Assembly (NCBI GenBank): GCA_002633005.1
Contig: NMRA01000780.1
Coordinates: 62,001 to 126,000 of the forward strand
Length of the DNA stretch: 64,000 nt
Reading direction: 5' to 3'
From: Phoronis australis
Taxonomy: Eukaryota > Animalia > Phoronida
Below are positions 1 through 19,442 of the stretch, one piece after another. Position 1 is the first letter of the stretch. Every line of letters begins with the position of its first letter. The notes below the pieces were generated by a model that was not told the DNA's origin, did not search any database, and saw nothing but the letters and a program-made list of their open reading frames with translations. The position numbers were made by a program, and so were the translations under genes.

Positions 1-1508
1 TTTCGTCGTCTCTGTTCCTTCTTGCTTGCACTTTGTAATTTTTAACAGGTTGGTATTAGAAAGGTTTTGCGCCATTCGTCTTCACGCCCGATGAATCCAG
101 TCCCCATTATGCTCGAAAGCTGGAGGCTAATGTTTGAAGTCATGCCAGCAAGGAGACCAAATTTTTTTGAAACTGCTCATAGTAGTAATGTTACTTGTAA
201 TAAGGCTCACCTAGAACTGAAAATTTGTTCACACTTTACCAGTGTTTCCATGAAAAGTAGACTCAACATTGGTTTCTAAAGTTGGAGATGATAAAAAAGT
301 AAGTGATGATCCGTGCGAACCATGTTGGTACAATAACTGCGTTCTGAAGGGAGGGTATGTAGCACTCCTTCTTCCGGAGATGCTGTGAAAAATATTCTCA
401 TATTATATTCAGCATGGTCTATATGTCATTGGTACTCGTCATGAATTAAAAAGAACGTGAAGTTGCTCTCAACCCTTTACCGAATTCCCGGATTTCAGAC
501 ATATTTCAGTAAAGGATGACATACTTTCGGAGGTTCGTTCCGATATTCAACAAGTGTTTTTCAACGTATTTTTAATTACTAGCCTGGACAGTTGACTGTT
601 TTGACAACCGGTTGTATAAAAACTATGGTTTCAGCGAAATGATAATGGTACGTGTAGATGTCAACACTCAACCATCGGATGAGTAGTGAAACTACAGCGT
701 AATAGCACAAATAATACCAAGTTGTCAGGTGAACAAACACGTGTATTGAACATCTGAAAACATAAATATTCGAATACGTGTGTGACAATGTTGAAAATGG
801 AGTTTTTGTACAAGATTTGTAAATTTGTAAAATTCAAGGACCGACGGTTCCTGATGGTTTGTTTAGTTTCGTAATTAAGTAATCAAATGGATTGGTTCCC
901 CCTGGTCAGTGCCGTGAGAATGAATTAGTTTATGAAAACCGCACGTTTAGTGCATAGTCGTGTTACTTTGGTGCATGTATGAATAAGCGTATAAAAATTG
1001 TTAAGTCTATGCTGTTGGCTTGCACTCTCATTTTATAATACCATGCAGTTGTGATGTTCGCCTGCTATTGCGGTCTTTGTCAGATGTTTTATTTTGTGTG
1101 CGAGAATTTCTAAGGCTGTGTCGTGTAACCTGAAATGTATGGATGTTTTTTGGAAGAACACACTCCATTTTGAACATGTGGGGGCTGAGTGGGGTTCATA
1201 TCTTCGCGGCTGTTTTGAGCCTCTCAAGGAGTTCTGCCCACATGAATTACGAATGTAAAAGCTAGTTCGCAATACTAAGCACAATGTATGCGATGATAAA
1301 GCGTGATTTTACTTTTTAAAATCATCTCACACTGGATTAGGGAAACCTGTGTAATTATGCTCCAGGTTTCAAGTGTGCAGTGGCGGATCTAGGAATTTGA
1401 TTTAAGAATCTGTTGCAAGTAAACCCACTGTGCGGAAAATGTTTTAATGTGAAGCGTGCCTGTCAGTACCAAAACACCACATTTCTATCGTTGTCTTTTT
1501 AAGTATAA

Positions 1509-1760
1509 CATGCGCGCACTCAGCCTAAAATGTAGGGGGGCTCGAATTTCTAGGTATGGGGAATTTTACTGAACAAATTCCACCAGGACTAAAAAAAGAA
1601 TGGGACCTACGAATTGTGCGTCTGCGCCGATTTCCTGTGTCCTTTGTAGACTTTTGTGACGTTAACTCGGACTTTTTTCACTGAGGTGGACCTTTTTACC
1701 CAATTTGCCATATTGGGGGCTCGTTGGAGCCCCCCGAGCCCAAACCTGGTTGCGCTCATG
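1509..1760. mobile_element. MITE family C
   Basis: Ends CATGCGCGCA...TGCGCTCATG; homologous over its length to 33890-34170 in reverse orientation. No clean TSD. Confidence 0.75.
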
Positions 1761-4569
1761 TATTGCCTTTTAACCCAGCCATCAAATCTTACCTAGCTTG
1801 TGTCATTCAAAAATGATGCCCGACCTATCTGGTCATGTGGTTTTGTTCTTTTCAGAGAGACTGCCGGGCTTAACTTCTGACGTGAAAACGTTTTGAACAA
1901 CAGCGAGACCAACAATAGAATGGACCTTCAGGGACCTGTTTTAAACGTTAGTTGAGGCCAAGTTTCTCTGTGACCAGATAGAATTTTTAAACAAACTAAA
2001 ACCATAAAATACAGATAAGTAGATTTGGCTTTCAGTTGATAGAATATACAGTAGCCGCACGTGCACAGTAAAACTGCACATGTCGAGAGGATCATCGACT
2101 ATAAACTCCTAATTTAACGGAGCACAAAACTCCACCGGGATAGTTCATTGTTAGACGGATGAAGCCCTGTTTTGGGGATTCCAACCATTCCTATTTTTGA
2201 CCCTAGTTAATGCACCCTTGGCGTGTCACTTAGGTGATAAAACCAGAACTTAGCTACAATCACGTCTTACCGCAGTCACAAACTGGATTGCCTTTTCCTA
2301 CAGCTGTTTTCTGTAATCATCCCAAAAAGGTCACGCTGACCTGTTCCGTAGACTTTGTAAAGATCAGTTTTCAAAATCTGTCCCAAACTTTTGAACGTTA
2401 ATGTGGGCTACACAGCATCATTCGATAGTAAAGTCGCTGTTGACGTATGTTAATAGATTAAAAGCCGGGTTTGGTATCTTTTTTAATACAACACTGATTC
2501 TCAAGAACACACGAAGATCGTGCCGCAATGTGTAAGCTTACCCAAGTAATGATCTGAATTTGATTTTGCGTTGGTTCAATTAACCATAATTTTACAAAAT
2601 GAAATGTGGCCGATAGATACATAATATTCAGTCTGTCATTAGTTAATTTTATTGAGAACTCCATGTGGCACTTGTTGGAAGATAACGACAGAGAATGTTC
2701 TAGATTTCGAAGTGCACTACATGCCGTCGCGGTAACCAGGTGATCCGACACATCCTACATTATGTAAGCCAAGATAATATAAAGGAGGAATGTCGGCTTA
2801 ATAAATAAGTTCCTCACAGTACAGTACACGCCAAAACTATTCCGGTAAAACGACCCAGAATTCCTCGTCATTACAGCTGAGCAGAAGACAATTTCATCGT
2901 CCGAACGGTGTCCCTCGTCTATTCCCAGAACGAAGGGGAATCAACAGAGAGTTTAATGCATGAAGTGATTAAGGCATTATGCAATTTTAATTTTCCCCAT
3001 GATACTTATTAATGGTCATCCTTGCTGTTAAACAGAATTAGACGTCATGACGGGCAAACGATATTCTAGCTGTTTACTTAGGTCTTATACTTGAAGGTAC
3101 ATGTATGTGTCTGTTGGTTGCTTTGAACTAATTAGAATGATGATGCAATCATTTTCAGAGAATCAAATTTTCATGGATTTTACGTGATCTCGATAAAAAA
3201 ACTGGCGTTTCCCACTGGGACTTTTACTCGAGGCGATGTAATTGCGTGTGCGTTAGATCAAAATAAAGACCATTGTGATTAAGTCAAAATGGACTTGTGT
3301 TAGGATGTTATAAGCAAGCGAACCTGAAAAACTAGAATCGTTGAAACACGATTCGATTGCCCATGGGAATCTAATGAACAAAACTTTTCGTCAAGACCTT
3401 TAAGTCAGAGCTCGGCTGTCAAAAAATGAAAAACTCCGTGAATTTTCAGAAATTTTCTTTTGTGACAATAAACTCTTTGGGCAAAACGTGTGACAAACAT
3501 TTTCAGACCACCTTTAATTATGCACCTAATACAGCAAAATAATTCAAAACTTGCAATTTCTTCTTAACGAGGAAACCGCCGTTCTCCCATTTTCTATGGA
3601 GAAACTCTCCGATTTTCTAGGAGAAGAGACATGTTATTACATTTTACAAGCCCTAAAAGATTCTGTTGTTCTCTTGACGGATTTTGAAATTGCAATATAC
3701 AGTAAGCGAGGTTGGGTTCATGGAAAGGTCAAGACTCCCCTCTGAGGAAAACGTGTATCAGTTGGATACTGTGTCATTTGCTTATCTGTGAAATGATAAA
3801 GGAACGTAAACAAAGCAGATTGCGATGTAAAAATGAATAAGTAACAAACCTGCTGACAACACCACTTTCGTTCCATAATTGCCTTTATCTTTGTAGTTGA
3901 ACGAGAAGCAAACACCATGATCAGTCATAATGTAATGGAAGTCATCGGCACTGCAATCTTTACCGCGCCATTTACACCTGAAACGTTTAAAGTTGAAAAT
4001 AGTTCAATTTACAAGTTCAGTACCAGAAACGTTATCCAGTATCCTGCATATTTGGTGAAAATACTGCCCAAACCATGGATTTGACCAATAAGGAAGATGA
4101 GAAACCACACAATGCCCTTCACTATCATTTCCAAAACCGTATCAATCGGTTTACTGCATTCATGGGACACAAGACCGCAAACTAAATTTCATTTATTCGC
4201 AAGGGTCTTGTCACAAGGCAGAAGATGTAGGTACGATATCTATAATGAATCAAGTACCAAGTGGGAAACGACTAAGTGCCGTACATGACAAGTACCAACA
4301 CTGCAGGTGGTATAGCATTCAAAGCGTTCTACTCGCTTCCTCTGTAGTCTCCACCTCTTTCAACCAAGATGCTTGGACTGTCTTGGGCGTTTTCATTTGC
4401 GTTCTTGATCGTTTCACCACGTGCACTGCCTGTTTCAAAATTCATTAGAGCTGACTTTGTCGTTCTCAGAACGATTTTGTTGTGTCATTTGAGTCTTTCA
4501 AAACCAGAGTTGAAATTAAGAGGGCGACAATGGTCAGAGCTCATTTGATATGGCAAAAGTTGCACTCAC

Positions 4570-7500
4570 CCAACTATCAGGTCCGTCTTCTTGTGGGCTG
4601 CCATCGTCCACAACTCCTCTGCAGTCAAGTTGATGTCGCGGTATGTTTTCGGGTTGGAGTACACTAGTGACTTGTTCCACAAGTCGATAATCATTTGATG
4701 CCAACCCAGTTCATACGCTTTGGTGAGTCTGAAGAAAATAAAATTGCGTTGCTAAAAACAACTGTCACACCTTTTATTGTCTCTATAACTGTGGTTGCGG
4801 TGAGATGCCAGGGTTGTTATGGCAGGGATGGTGATGGTGAGGGTGGGAACGACTCATTTGTTGGGTTGAAGATGGAAAATGTTAACAGCAGTGACAGAGA
4901 AAACGATGCTAAAAATTACACATGATTTTGAAGTATAATGTCAAAATTATGAACTGCGTTCTGCTTTATGTAACCATACTTATCTTACTTGAAAGCGTTC
5001 TGGTTGCAGATGGTGACTGCCGGAAACTTGATGGTATCATTGTAGTTGATCTTTATGTTTACGCTCATAGGCCAGGCGTAGTAGTTCTGAAGACAGCCAG
5101 AGACTTGAAAGAAGAAGATGCTTAGCCCTGTGCCGACAGCAATACCCCAGAGAATTCTACAACACATGGAAAGATCATTATCTATAAAAGGAATTCAAAA
5201 CGCTGTGACCGAAAAAAGTAACTGACAGGGCAGGAACTGGTTCCAATTAGAGTCCTGTCGGAGCTGGTATTCGACATTCAATCATGGAAAATTTACGCTA
5301 TTTGCTTCTCGTTGCCAACGAGTGGAATACGTGGAGAAAAAGGTCAGAATAGGAATAAGAGAGTCCTCTCTTTTTCTTGTCGGCTTTAGGTTGAAAATCT
5401 CAAAACAGCACAATGTGGTTTATAGGGAGGGAACGTGTGGTCAGAAGCAAGGGACCAGGGATTCAGTAGACGAGTGCGTATAATGTATACCGCATATCCT
5501 ATCAAAATGAGTAGGCAGTAGCAAGTGAATCTTAATTGGATATTTGTCAGTGCAAATGAGGTTCCGTTGTTAGGACACTTGGATACTTGAGTACCTGATT
5601 ACGCAACGCGCTCTCAAATCTTTTCTCAGATGTTTCAAAAGCTAGGTTTCTTCCATATATAACGGACTACGTTTCCGGCTTGAAGGAGCTGTCTAAATTT
5701 TCCTTTTTATCTTTAGCATCGAGGGTTTTTGTCACGGAGGGACCGTTCTCCTGTGGGATACTGCTTTGATCTCGGAGGGCACCTGCATGAAACAGTCCTT
5801 TTATCGCGAACCTTTTAATTTCATTCAGTCTTCGTTCTAGTGCACACTTGCATCATTGTTTAATCAAAATGTTATGTAATCTATCATTGCTATGAAATCT
5901 TCGTAATTGGACTAATGACGTGTCTTAATTATTGATTTAAGACTGAGCCCTTAATTCAGTGAAAAGGTGTATAGTGCCCTAAATTAAGAACCTTGCATAG
6001 AAAGGTCCTTGTTTACATTCATTAGTATTGCGAATCCAAAGTAAAGTTTCATCTTGGTGTGTATCAAAGTTAACAAAATTTAATGACAATCAGTATTTGT
6101 ACAAGTGGACAAATGCGGCGAAAATTTAAATGAAAGCGCTCTGGAGAGTGACACTAGGTTAAATCGAAGAAAATTTTAAAGGAGCGATCTATGAAGAAAA
6201 CTATGTATTTATCGATACAGATAAAGAGAGAACTTTTTGTTTAACCTGATACAACTGTAGGGTACGAAATAAAGAATAATATATATAAGAGAGTGTAATC
6301 AAACAACAATGTATAATGACTGCTGTCGCATATGTACATAGTAATTTTCATTTAAATGACATAGCAAGAAACAGGTCTCTCAGCCTTATAGCGCTTGAAA
6401 AGATCATTCTGTATACCAAATATCAGACAGATCCATCTAGGTACGCCGAAGATATTGCACAAAAGAACTCTGTTATTAGGAGTCCAGCCTTCGGAATATC
6501 TCGAATAACTCGAGAACGGTGAGAACCAGATAAAACCAAATGACACGTTTTCGTAGCTTTTAGAATGATCTATCCACAATAAAATGAATTAGAAAGATCC
6601 GACCAAAAACAGCGGAACTATGGCTCTGCAAACGAAAAAATGGAAATGGCCGCCACAGCGCCATTTTGTATCTGATTTCAACAAAAAGCAATAGACTTCA
6701 AGCCGTTCACGAGACGCGTGGTGTATTTAAATTTTACATTGCGAACAAGAAATAAACAAAAAAATCGAACAAACTCTATGATAACGCATCAAAATTGGAG
6801 AAATTTCAACATAGTTGAGTCCCCATTTGAAAGTGATCCGTGCAACCGGCGAAGGGAGTGCAAAATCAGCACAGAAATGTACAGTGTACATAAGTATGCT
6901 AGTTCACGTATTGGCCCGCTTAATTAACGCGAATGAAAGGGCAATGTACATCTTGTATTTCGGTGGCCTTACAGACAGAATGGTCTCGTGGATACAGGTA
7001 TATCGTTTTTTTCAGTTTAGAATGTTGGCAACAGCACATGCTTACATGAGAATACTGTAGTGCAGAAAACTGTGTTTCTCAGTAGTTTGGCGAGCTGCTT
7101 TTGGAAACAGACGGGGTACAGTAGCTATTCGGTGGGACTCAGTTTTATGAAAGAACGTGTGAAATTTCCAACGTCAGAAGATAATTACTTCGCTTTTCTC
7201 AGTAGTAAATTAGAAATTAAAATAGTAGCCAACGTTACAGTTTACGAGTACTCTGTTCACAAATGGTTGAGATATTTTCATGCACGGTCACGCGCTTTTA
7301 TACAGCTTTCATATCACGAAATATCGGGAACAGTTTATTGAAATTATGTGTATGTAAACATGTATGTATGTATGTATGTATGTATGCCTGTATGCATGTG
7401 TGTACTCGTGCAGTATGTGCGCACGTGTGTTAGTTGTTCCTACCTTCTTACAAGCCACGCTTTCTTTTCAAAGACGTATCGTATTCCGTGCATAGTCGTT

Positions 7501-7583
7501 GCTTGACTAAAATCAAACCAAATCTTTGCCCATCTCTGAACAGTTGATACTTTTGCCTCCTCATTGTTTTTGTCTTTCGCCAT
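4570..7583 (-). CDS. DEG/ENaC (ASIC-like amiloride-sensitive sodium channel family) gene, first three coding exons; 3' part not found in window
   Basis: Exons 7583-7444, 5156-4989 and 4728-4570 have GT/AG ends and matching phase 2 junctions. Translation has the pre-TM1 'TTMHGIRY' HG motif, TM1 (ILWGIAVGTGLSIFFFQV), the 'FPAVTICNQN' family signature and 'AHKKTDLIV'. Confidence 0.88.
7345..7430. repeat. (TATG)n microsatellite in DEG/ENaC intron 1
   Basis: Direct reading of tandem TGTA/TATG units. Confidence 0.85.
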
Positions 7584-8356
7584 ATTAATTGCAACGTAGA
7601 CGCAACAGAAAACTATTATTGTTTCCAAAACTCAACACTTTTATATTCAAATTTACGTTCATATCGATTAGTCATTCAACAGGGGGTGGGTGTTATACAA
7701 ATATATCCATTACGGGTTAGTAATTAGATTCCAACCATAAACATTTGAGGTCTGAGTCTGAGGGGACAATAATAGAATTTACAGTAATACTCGACGGGCC
7801 ATCGCAGTTTAAAAGCCGTGTTGCACATTTAAGTACAGTGTGTAATAATTAACCTTCACTCTCTAGGGACAGGGAAAATTTATGAATGTGTGTGAACAGT
7901 GTCGGGTCATCCTTGAAGTCAATTAATCTCTAGATTCTGATCCGCTCAAATGAGGGTCCTCGTGTTCATGGTTAAAACTGAGGGCGACAGGGGGGTTGAT
8001 GACCATGGCGATGGTGGAGCTGCGGTGGAGTTTGTGGCGGGCTGGGGAAGGAGCGACTTGAAAAGTTTTGTAACCTAGGAGGCAATTGCGGCAAAAAAAT
8101 CCATATCTTAGGGTCCCGACAAACTGGTCATTTTTTTCTTCGATATCCATTACTAATTTTTAAAATATGACTACAAAAGTTACGTTTGAGATTCAAGAGC
8201 ACCATACTATTTTTGGGGTCGATTTGGCAGCTGCCGAAGCACTTAGTTTCTATACGATACTTTATAAAAGGCTGTCGTTGATGATGGGAAGAAACATTTT
8301 TCATGATAGAATTCTGATCACGCACTCTGAGCTGCCGTCACTTATCCGATGGATTT

Positions 8357-8485
8357 TACTAGGATTTATGTTTAGGATCAGGGTTAATTTTATGGGCTAG
8401 TGTAAGGACTGATTAGGGTCAAAGCTTAAGTTTAGCGTTGGTTTAAGGTTAGCGTGACGGTTAGAGTTAGGTTTATATTAGGTCA
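8357..8485. repeat. Degenerate (GGTTAG/TTAGGG-like)n hexamer tract
   Basis: Imperfect TTAGG/GTTAG units at about 6-bp spacing. Confidence 0.55.
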
Positions 8486-9244
8486 AGGCATGACTTCATG
8501 TGACGCCATTTCCTTCTGATTTTTTGGTGTGATAATGCCGGCGAACAAAGTACACCTTATCTCTGCTGAGATTATGTCGGTGGGTTAGATCCAAATGCTC
8601 AGAAACATGAAATGAAATTTTTTTTGCGACAGACGTTTAACGAGTCAGTCTGGCCTGTATAATACGGCCTAGGATCGTTACATATCACCCTAGAACTTTT
8701 AAATGTAAAGTGAATTTCCCAGGCGTGGTATTACTAAAGTTGCGTTACACGGTCTATCACAATGTACTCGTATATAGAGTTGTCTTTTTACCATAGATTA
8801 TAGACAACAGATTCCAACAGATTCGCAACTCCGACATTTTCTAGTGTATTATCGAGTCCTAGGGGAGGCCTACTCTCTTAAATTATCTGTTTCAGTTTCC
8901 CGTTAGTGTATTCCAGTGACGGGAAATCCTGGCATCTGTTTAAATGTCCAGTACAATGGAAAAAAAGTAATTATTTCGGCACTGAAACGCTGTTCAAAGT
9001 TTTTTCTAATAGTAGAACTGTTGGTATCGTAAGTTCTTTTAGCAATGCTACTACCACCCAACCACCCAACTGCCGACCATGATTAGCAGACGACGTGCTT
9101 GCCGGATATAACACCGGATAATTAGGCTTATGCGTAAGACCACAGATTCCGTCCATTGAAAGTATAACGAGTTGGCGGTCCATGTACTATACAGTAGTCT
9201 ACACGTATTCCAAGTGTTCTAATCGACACGTTTGTCCGTTTGTC

Positions 9245-9529
9245 CATGGGCGGCGCACCATAGGGGGCTGGGGGGCTATAGCCCCCCAGTGGCGGATTTA
9301 GAGGCGGGCAAGGGGGCCATGGTCCCCCCTAAAATTTTGCATTCTCCATTTGGCAGTTTTGGGGTGCGAATGTCTGACGGGCAAAATCCTCTGCTCTGCC
9401 CCCATATAACTCAAAATCCTGGATCCACCCCTGCCCCCCACTTTTTAAGTGCACATAGTTCATAGGTGGTGCCCCACAGAGGGGCTGAGGGGCTTAAGCC
9501 CCACTTTTTTCAGGGCCGCGCCGCCCATG
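9245..9529. mobile_element. MITE family A (TIR CATGGGCGGCGC) containing a nested family-B MITE
   Basis: TIRs CATGGGCGGCGC/GCGCCGCCCATG with near-TSD TTGTC/TGGTC. Inner element at 9287-9433 (CAGTGGCGGAT...ATCCACCCCTG) is flanked by CCCCC on both sides. Confidence 0.85.
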
Positions 9530-12228
9530 TGGTCTGTACTTCCATTGTAGAATCCAGTTTTCTGTGTTGGGATCGACGCCTATAGTTCGTAGGCCAATAT
9601 TCCCAAGTTAATGTGAGTCTCGAGCAATTACCAACTCCACATACGCAAGTTTCCACTTATGTCAACAAGTTTTCCCCTGTAGAGATAATGTAAATTGATG
9701 ATAGTTTCAGCGGGCAACGCTGATTCACAAACATTAAATTAACACCCTCTACAATCAAGTTCTCAGAAACCGTGTAATGAACACAAACGATGTCGCTTAA
9801 TTGCACGAGCTGTTGGATCATCTGTAATTTGTTGAGCGATAGATGAAAACGCCAATAGATGGAGCCATGTTTTCTTTGCTGTCTCCAAAAACGCACTTGA
9901 AATACCTGCGCGGAAAAAATGGGAAGGGGGTTTCGAAATTAGCGTTATTGTTTGATTTGTTAGTATACCATCAGATCTTGCAGTGAATGGCACCGAGTTT
10001 GTGAAGACGGACATCGGTACCACACCAATTGCGTCGGATGAGGGACGAACCATACATTTTACAAAGCGACCCGCAGATACTGGTTTACAAGTGAACAGCA
10101 AGCCATTGCGAAGTAGGCTTTTCTAACCTTGAAACTCAGGATTTGATTGGTGGATGACCAAAGATACTGTATAAATAATTTGGGAGATATTCCTGGGTGT
10201 TTCTAAATGAAAAATAGGTTTTTACAGCGCAGTAGCCGACGTCCACATATAAGAACGAAATAACTATACTCTGGCCGTTTACTTGTAACCAAGTGGAATC
10301 CCAAATGACGCAAATTTGAAGCTACTAGAGGTCAATTACTAAGACATTACCAGATTGGAGACCGCAAATAGAACCTTTGGTAAGTACAACCAAGTCCGGC
10401 AGCCACAAGCAGCCGGCCTTAAAAAGAGTGTTTATAATTAGAAGGAAGTCAAATATACGTATTTTACATATATTGCAAATTTACATATTTACATGAAGCG
10501 TTTTTATTCCGATATGCTATTACTTAATAGTAACCTAGAGCGATACATTTCCATACCAGGGTCAATGACATTCCACGCCAACCACCAAAGATCCTGAAAA
10601 GGAAAACCAACTTCAAAAACCAAATTTCGACCTACTAGTTATAATAGTAAATGGACACGTCCACGGTGGCCTTTTATACTTAGCAAGAGTCAGTTTGCTT
10701 TTAAAAAGATCGTCATTCCATATGCGGAAGTAGCATTAACCTCTACCGCTAGTTTCAAAGTGTTTTGCGCAATGGGCCCGACCTAAAAGACCTGCCCACG
10801 TCTGACGCATTTCAGGGATCGGTGCTTCACATCACAATGCAAGATGCCGCGCCAATGACGTCATCGCCTGACTAGTGACGGATTTCAGTTTCTATCTGAA
10901 GATAATAGACGGACTATTAGGGGTAAATTTACACAATTATGGCGCCAAATCTTGCACGTCATGATTATGTGTGAAGTCAATCATTAACAGAAAAATATTA
11001 CACTTCCCAGTTAATATTTCAAACATTATTTCAATTTGCAAAGGGAGCCTATACTAACAAATCACCAGAGCTCCAAAGGAATGTTCATGGATGCATGCTC
11101 TCCACACTTTATCTTTGATGGCCTCACCAACTAAGCTTATTGAGCAAATAGTTTATACGTTTCCAATACACAAGAAATCCACCTACATGTACATTGTAAA
11201 TTCCAAACTAAAAACTCTGTAGGCAATAGGCATAACTTTTACAAAAAAATTGTGTAGCTGCCTAACCAGGCTGGACGTAGCTACAACAGGAACACGTTTT
11301 GCAAAACAATTTTGACGACTATAGTTTATCAGCTAAATCTACTCAGCTGGACCCAATGGAAACATGCAGCTGTCCTACGAGTCTTTACCTACATAAGTCC
11401 CATGCCTATGTATGCAGCTCTGATTGTTTTATACTCTTGTTTAAGCAAGATCAGATGTGAGGATTCCAATATTCAGCTAGGACACTGCCAACCTTGTTTA
11501 CAACAAGTCACAGTCCTTCAACTATGTGTTTAACCAGGCAATGCCAAACACTCCTGACACTCACACAACATACTGTGCCTTTGGAAGTTAAGCCCAGTAG
11601 TTTGTATATCACGCAGTTGTATTTTTAAGAAGTGGCAAGTTTCATAGCATGAGATTACTGTGACCACCAAAGAGATAACTTAAACCACAACATTTGTGTC
11701 TTGGTTTAAAAAGCAACACTTAATTTAACAGAAATTGAAAACAAAAACGAAAACCTCTAATTCTTAATTATCAGTAACATCTTCAAGATATGTTTTGAAC
11801 AAGATATTTAAAGAGCTGTGAAGATTGATAACAAAACAGTTGCCAATAAGAAAGTATGCATGACCAGGCGAACTGACTAGCATGTTTACACACATCCATA
11901 ATGCCACAGATATAACGACTGGGTGGCAATTCTGAAATACATGAATCAGATCAATGTTAACTGACGTGACAATCTGTCTTCCAACAACAACAAATATATA
12001 TTCTGTTTCCAGATACCATGTTTCATGTGTCACTGTTATCCCGAGAATCACAGTCGTACAACAACTTTACATTTCATAAATTAACAACACCTCCTAACAT
12101 GTAACAAGATTCTGTGGTGCACCATTCTAAACCACGAGCCCCAATTGCAAGATCTTATTTTCAAGCACTCTGTCCTACAAATATAGAGATACAGCTGTTG
12201 TACCCTCTATTGAACACCGACAAAGCTA

Positions 12229-18852
<6,624 letters not shown>

Positions 18853-19442
18853 TCGACAAGCAACAACTTTCTACGCCGTTAAAAGCGCCTTACTCCGAAA
18901 CTCCGCGAAAATTTTCTCTCGACATTTGACCTAAAAAATCACTTCCGTCAAGGAAGTGGACACGCGTAGCTCTGAAGAAAACTATCAAACGAGTTTCACG
19001 CAACAGACGAATCTGTGGACAGTCCAAGGAAAGATAACAAAAAAAACGATAGCTCAATTGATAAAATTGATGTGGAAAATTAAAAATATATATATAATTT
19101 CGTTTTTCGTACTTCAACTGAACATTTGGTGAAATAAACCAAGGACCTAAGAATTATTTCCCGGAATCTTGAGTCCTCCACAAAAACTTGAGCGAACAGA
19201 AAATGACAACTATTTTGATGTGGATACCATTCAAATATGTAATTGATCCGGGTAATACAAAACGGATCTTAATTATACAATTGTAGAATTAACAAATACC
19301 AATGCTCTGCATTATCGCACTAATTAACGAAAACAGACAATAACAATCTATTGGCCGCGATATAAATTTCGTGTAAAGCACGACAACCTCAATCGTTGGA
19401 TACATAAAAGATCAAGAACTGCGTTGAGTTCTCTCGCCCAAA
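18853..19442. promoter_or_regulatory. Probable bidirectional promoter region between Rab43 and caveolin A
   Basis: The two ATGs diverge 590 bp apart. An inverted pair of ETS-type cores (CACTTCC-gtcaa-GGAAGTG) lies at 18940-18958. A TATA-like TATAAA lies at about 19361, upstream of caveolin A. Confidence 0.55.

Noticed and set aside
8357-8485. Interstitial telomere
   Set aside because: Few exact TTAGGG units; such degenerate GGTTAG tracts are common inside invertebrate repeats.
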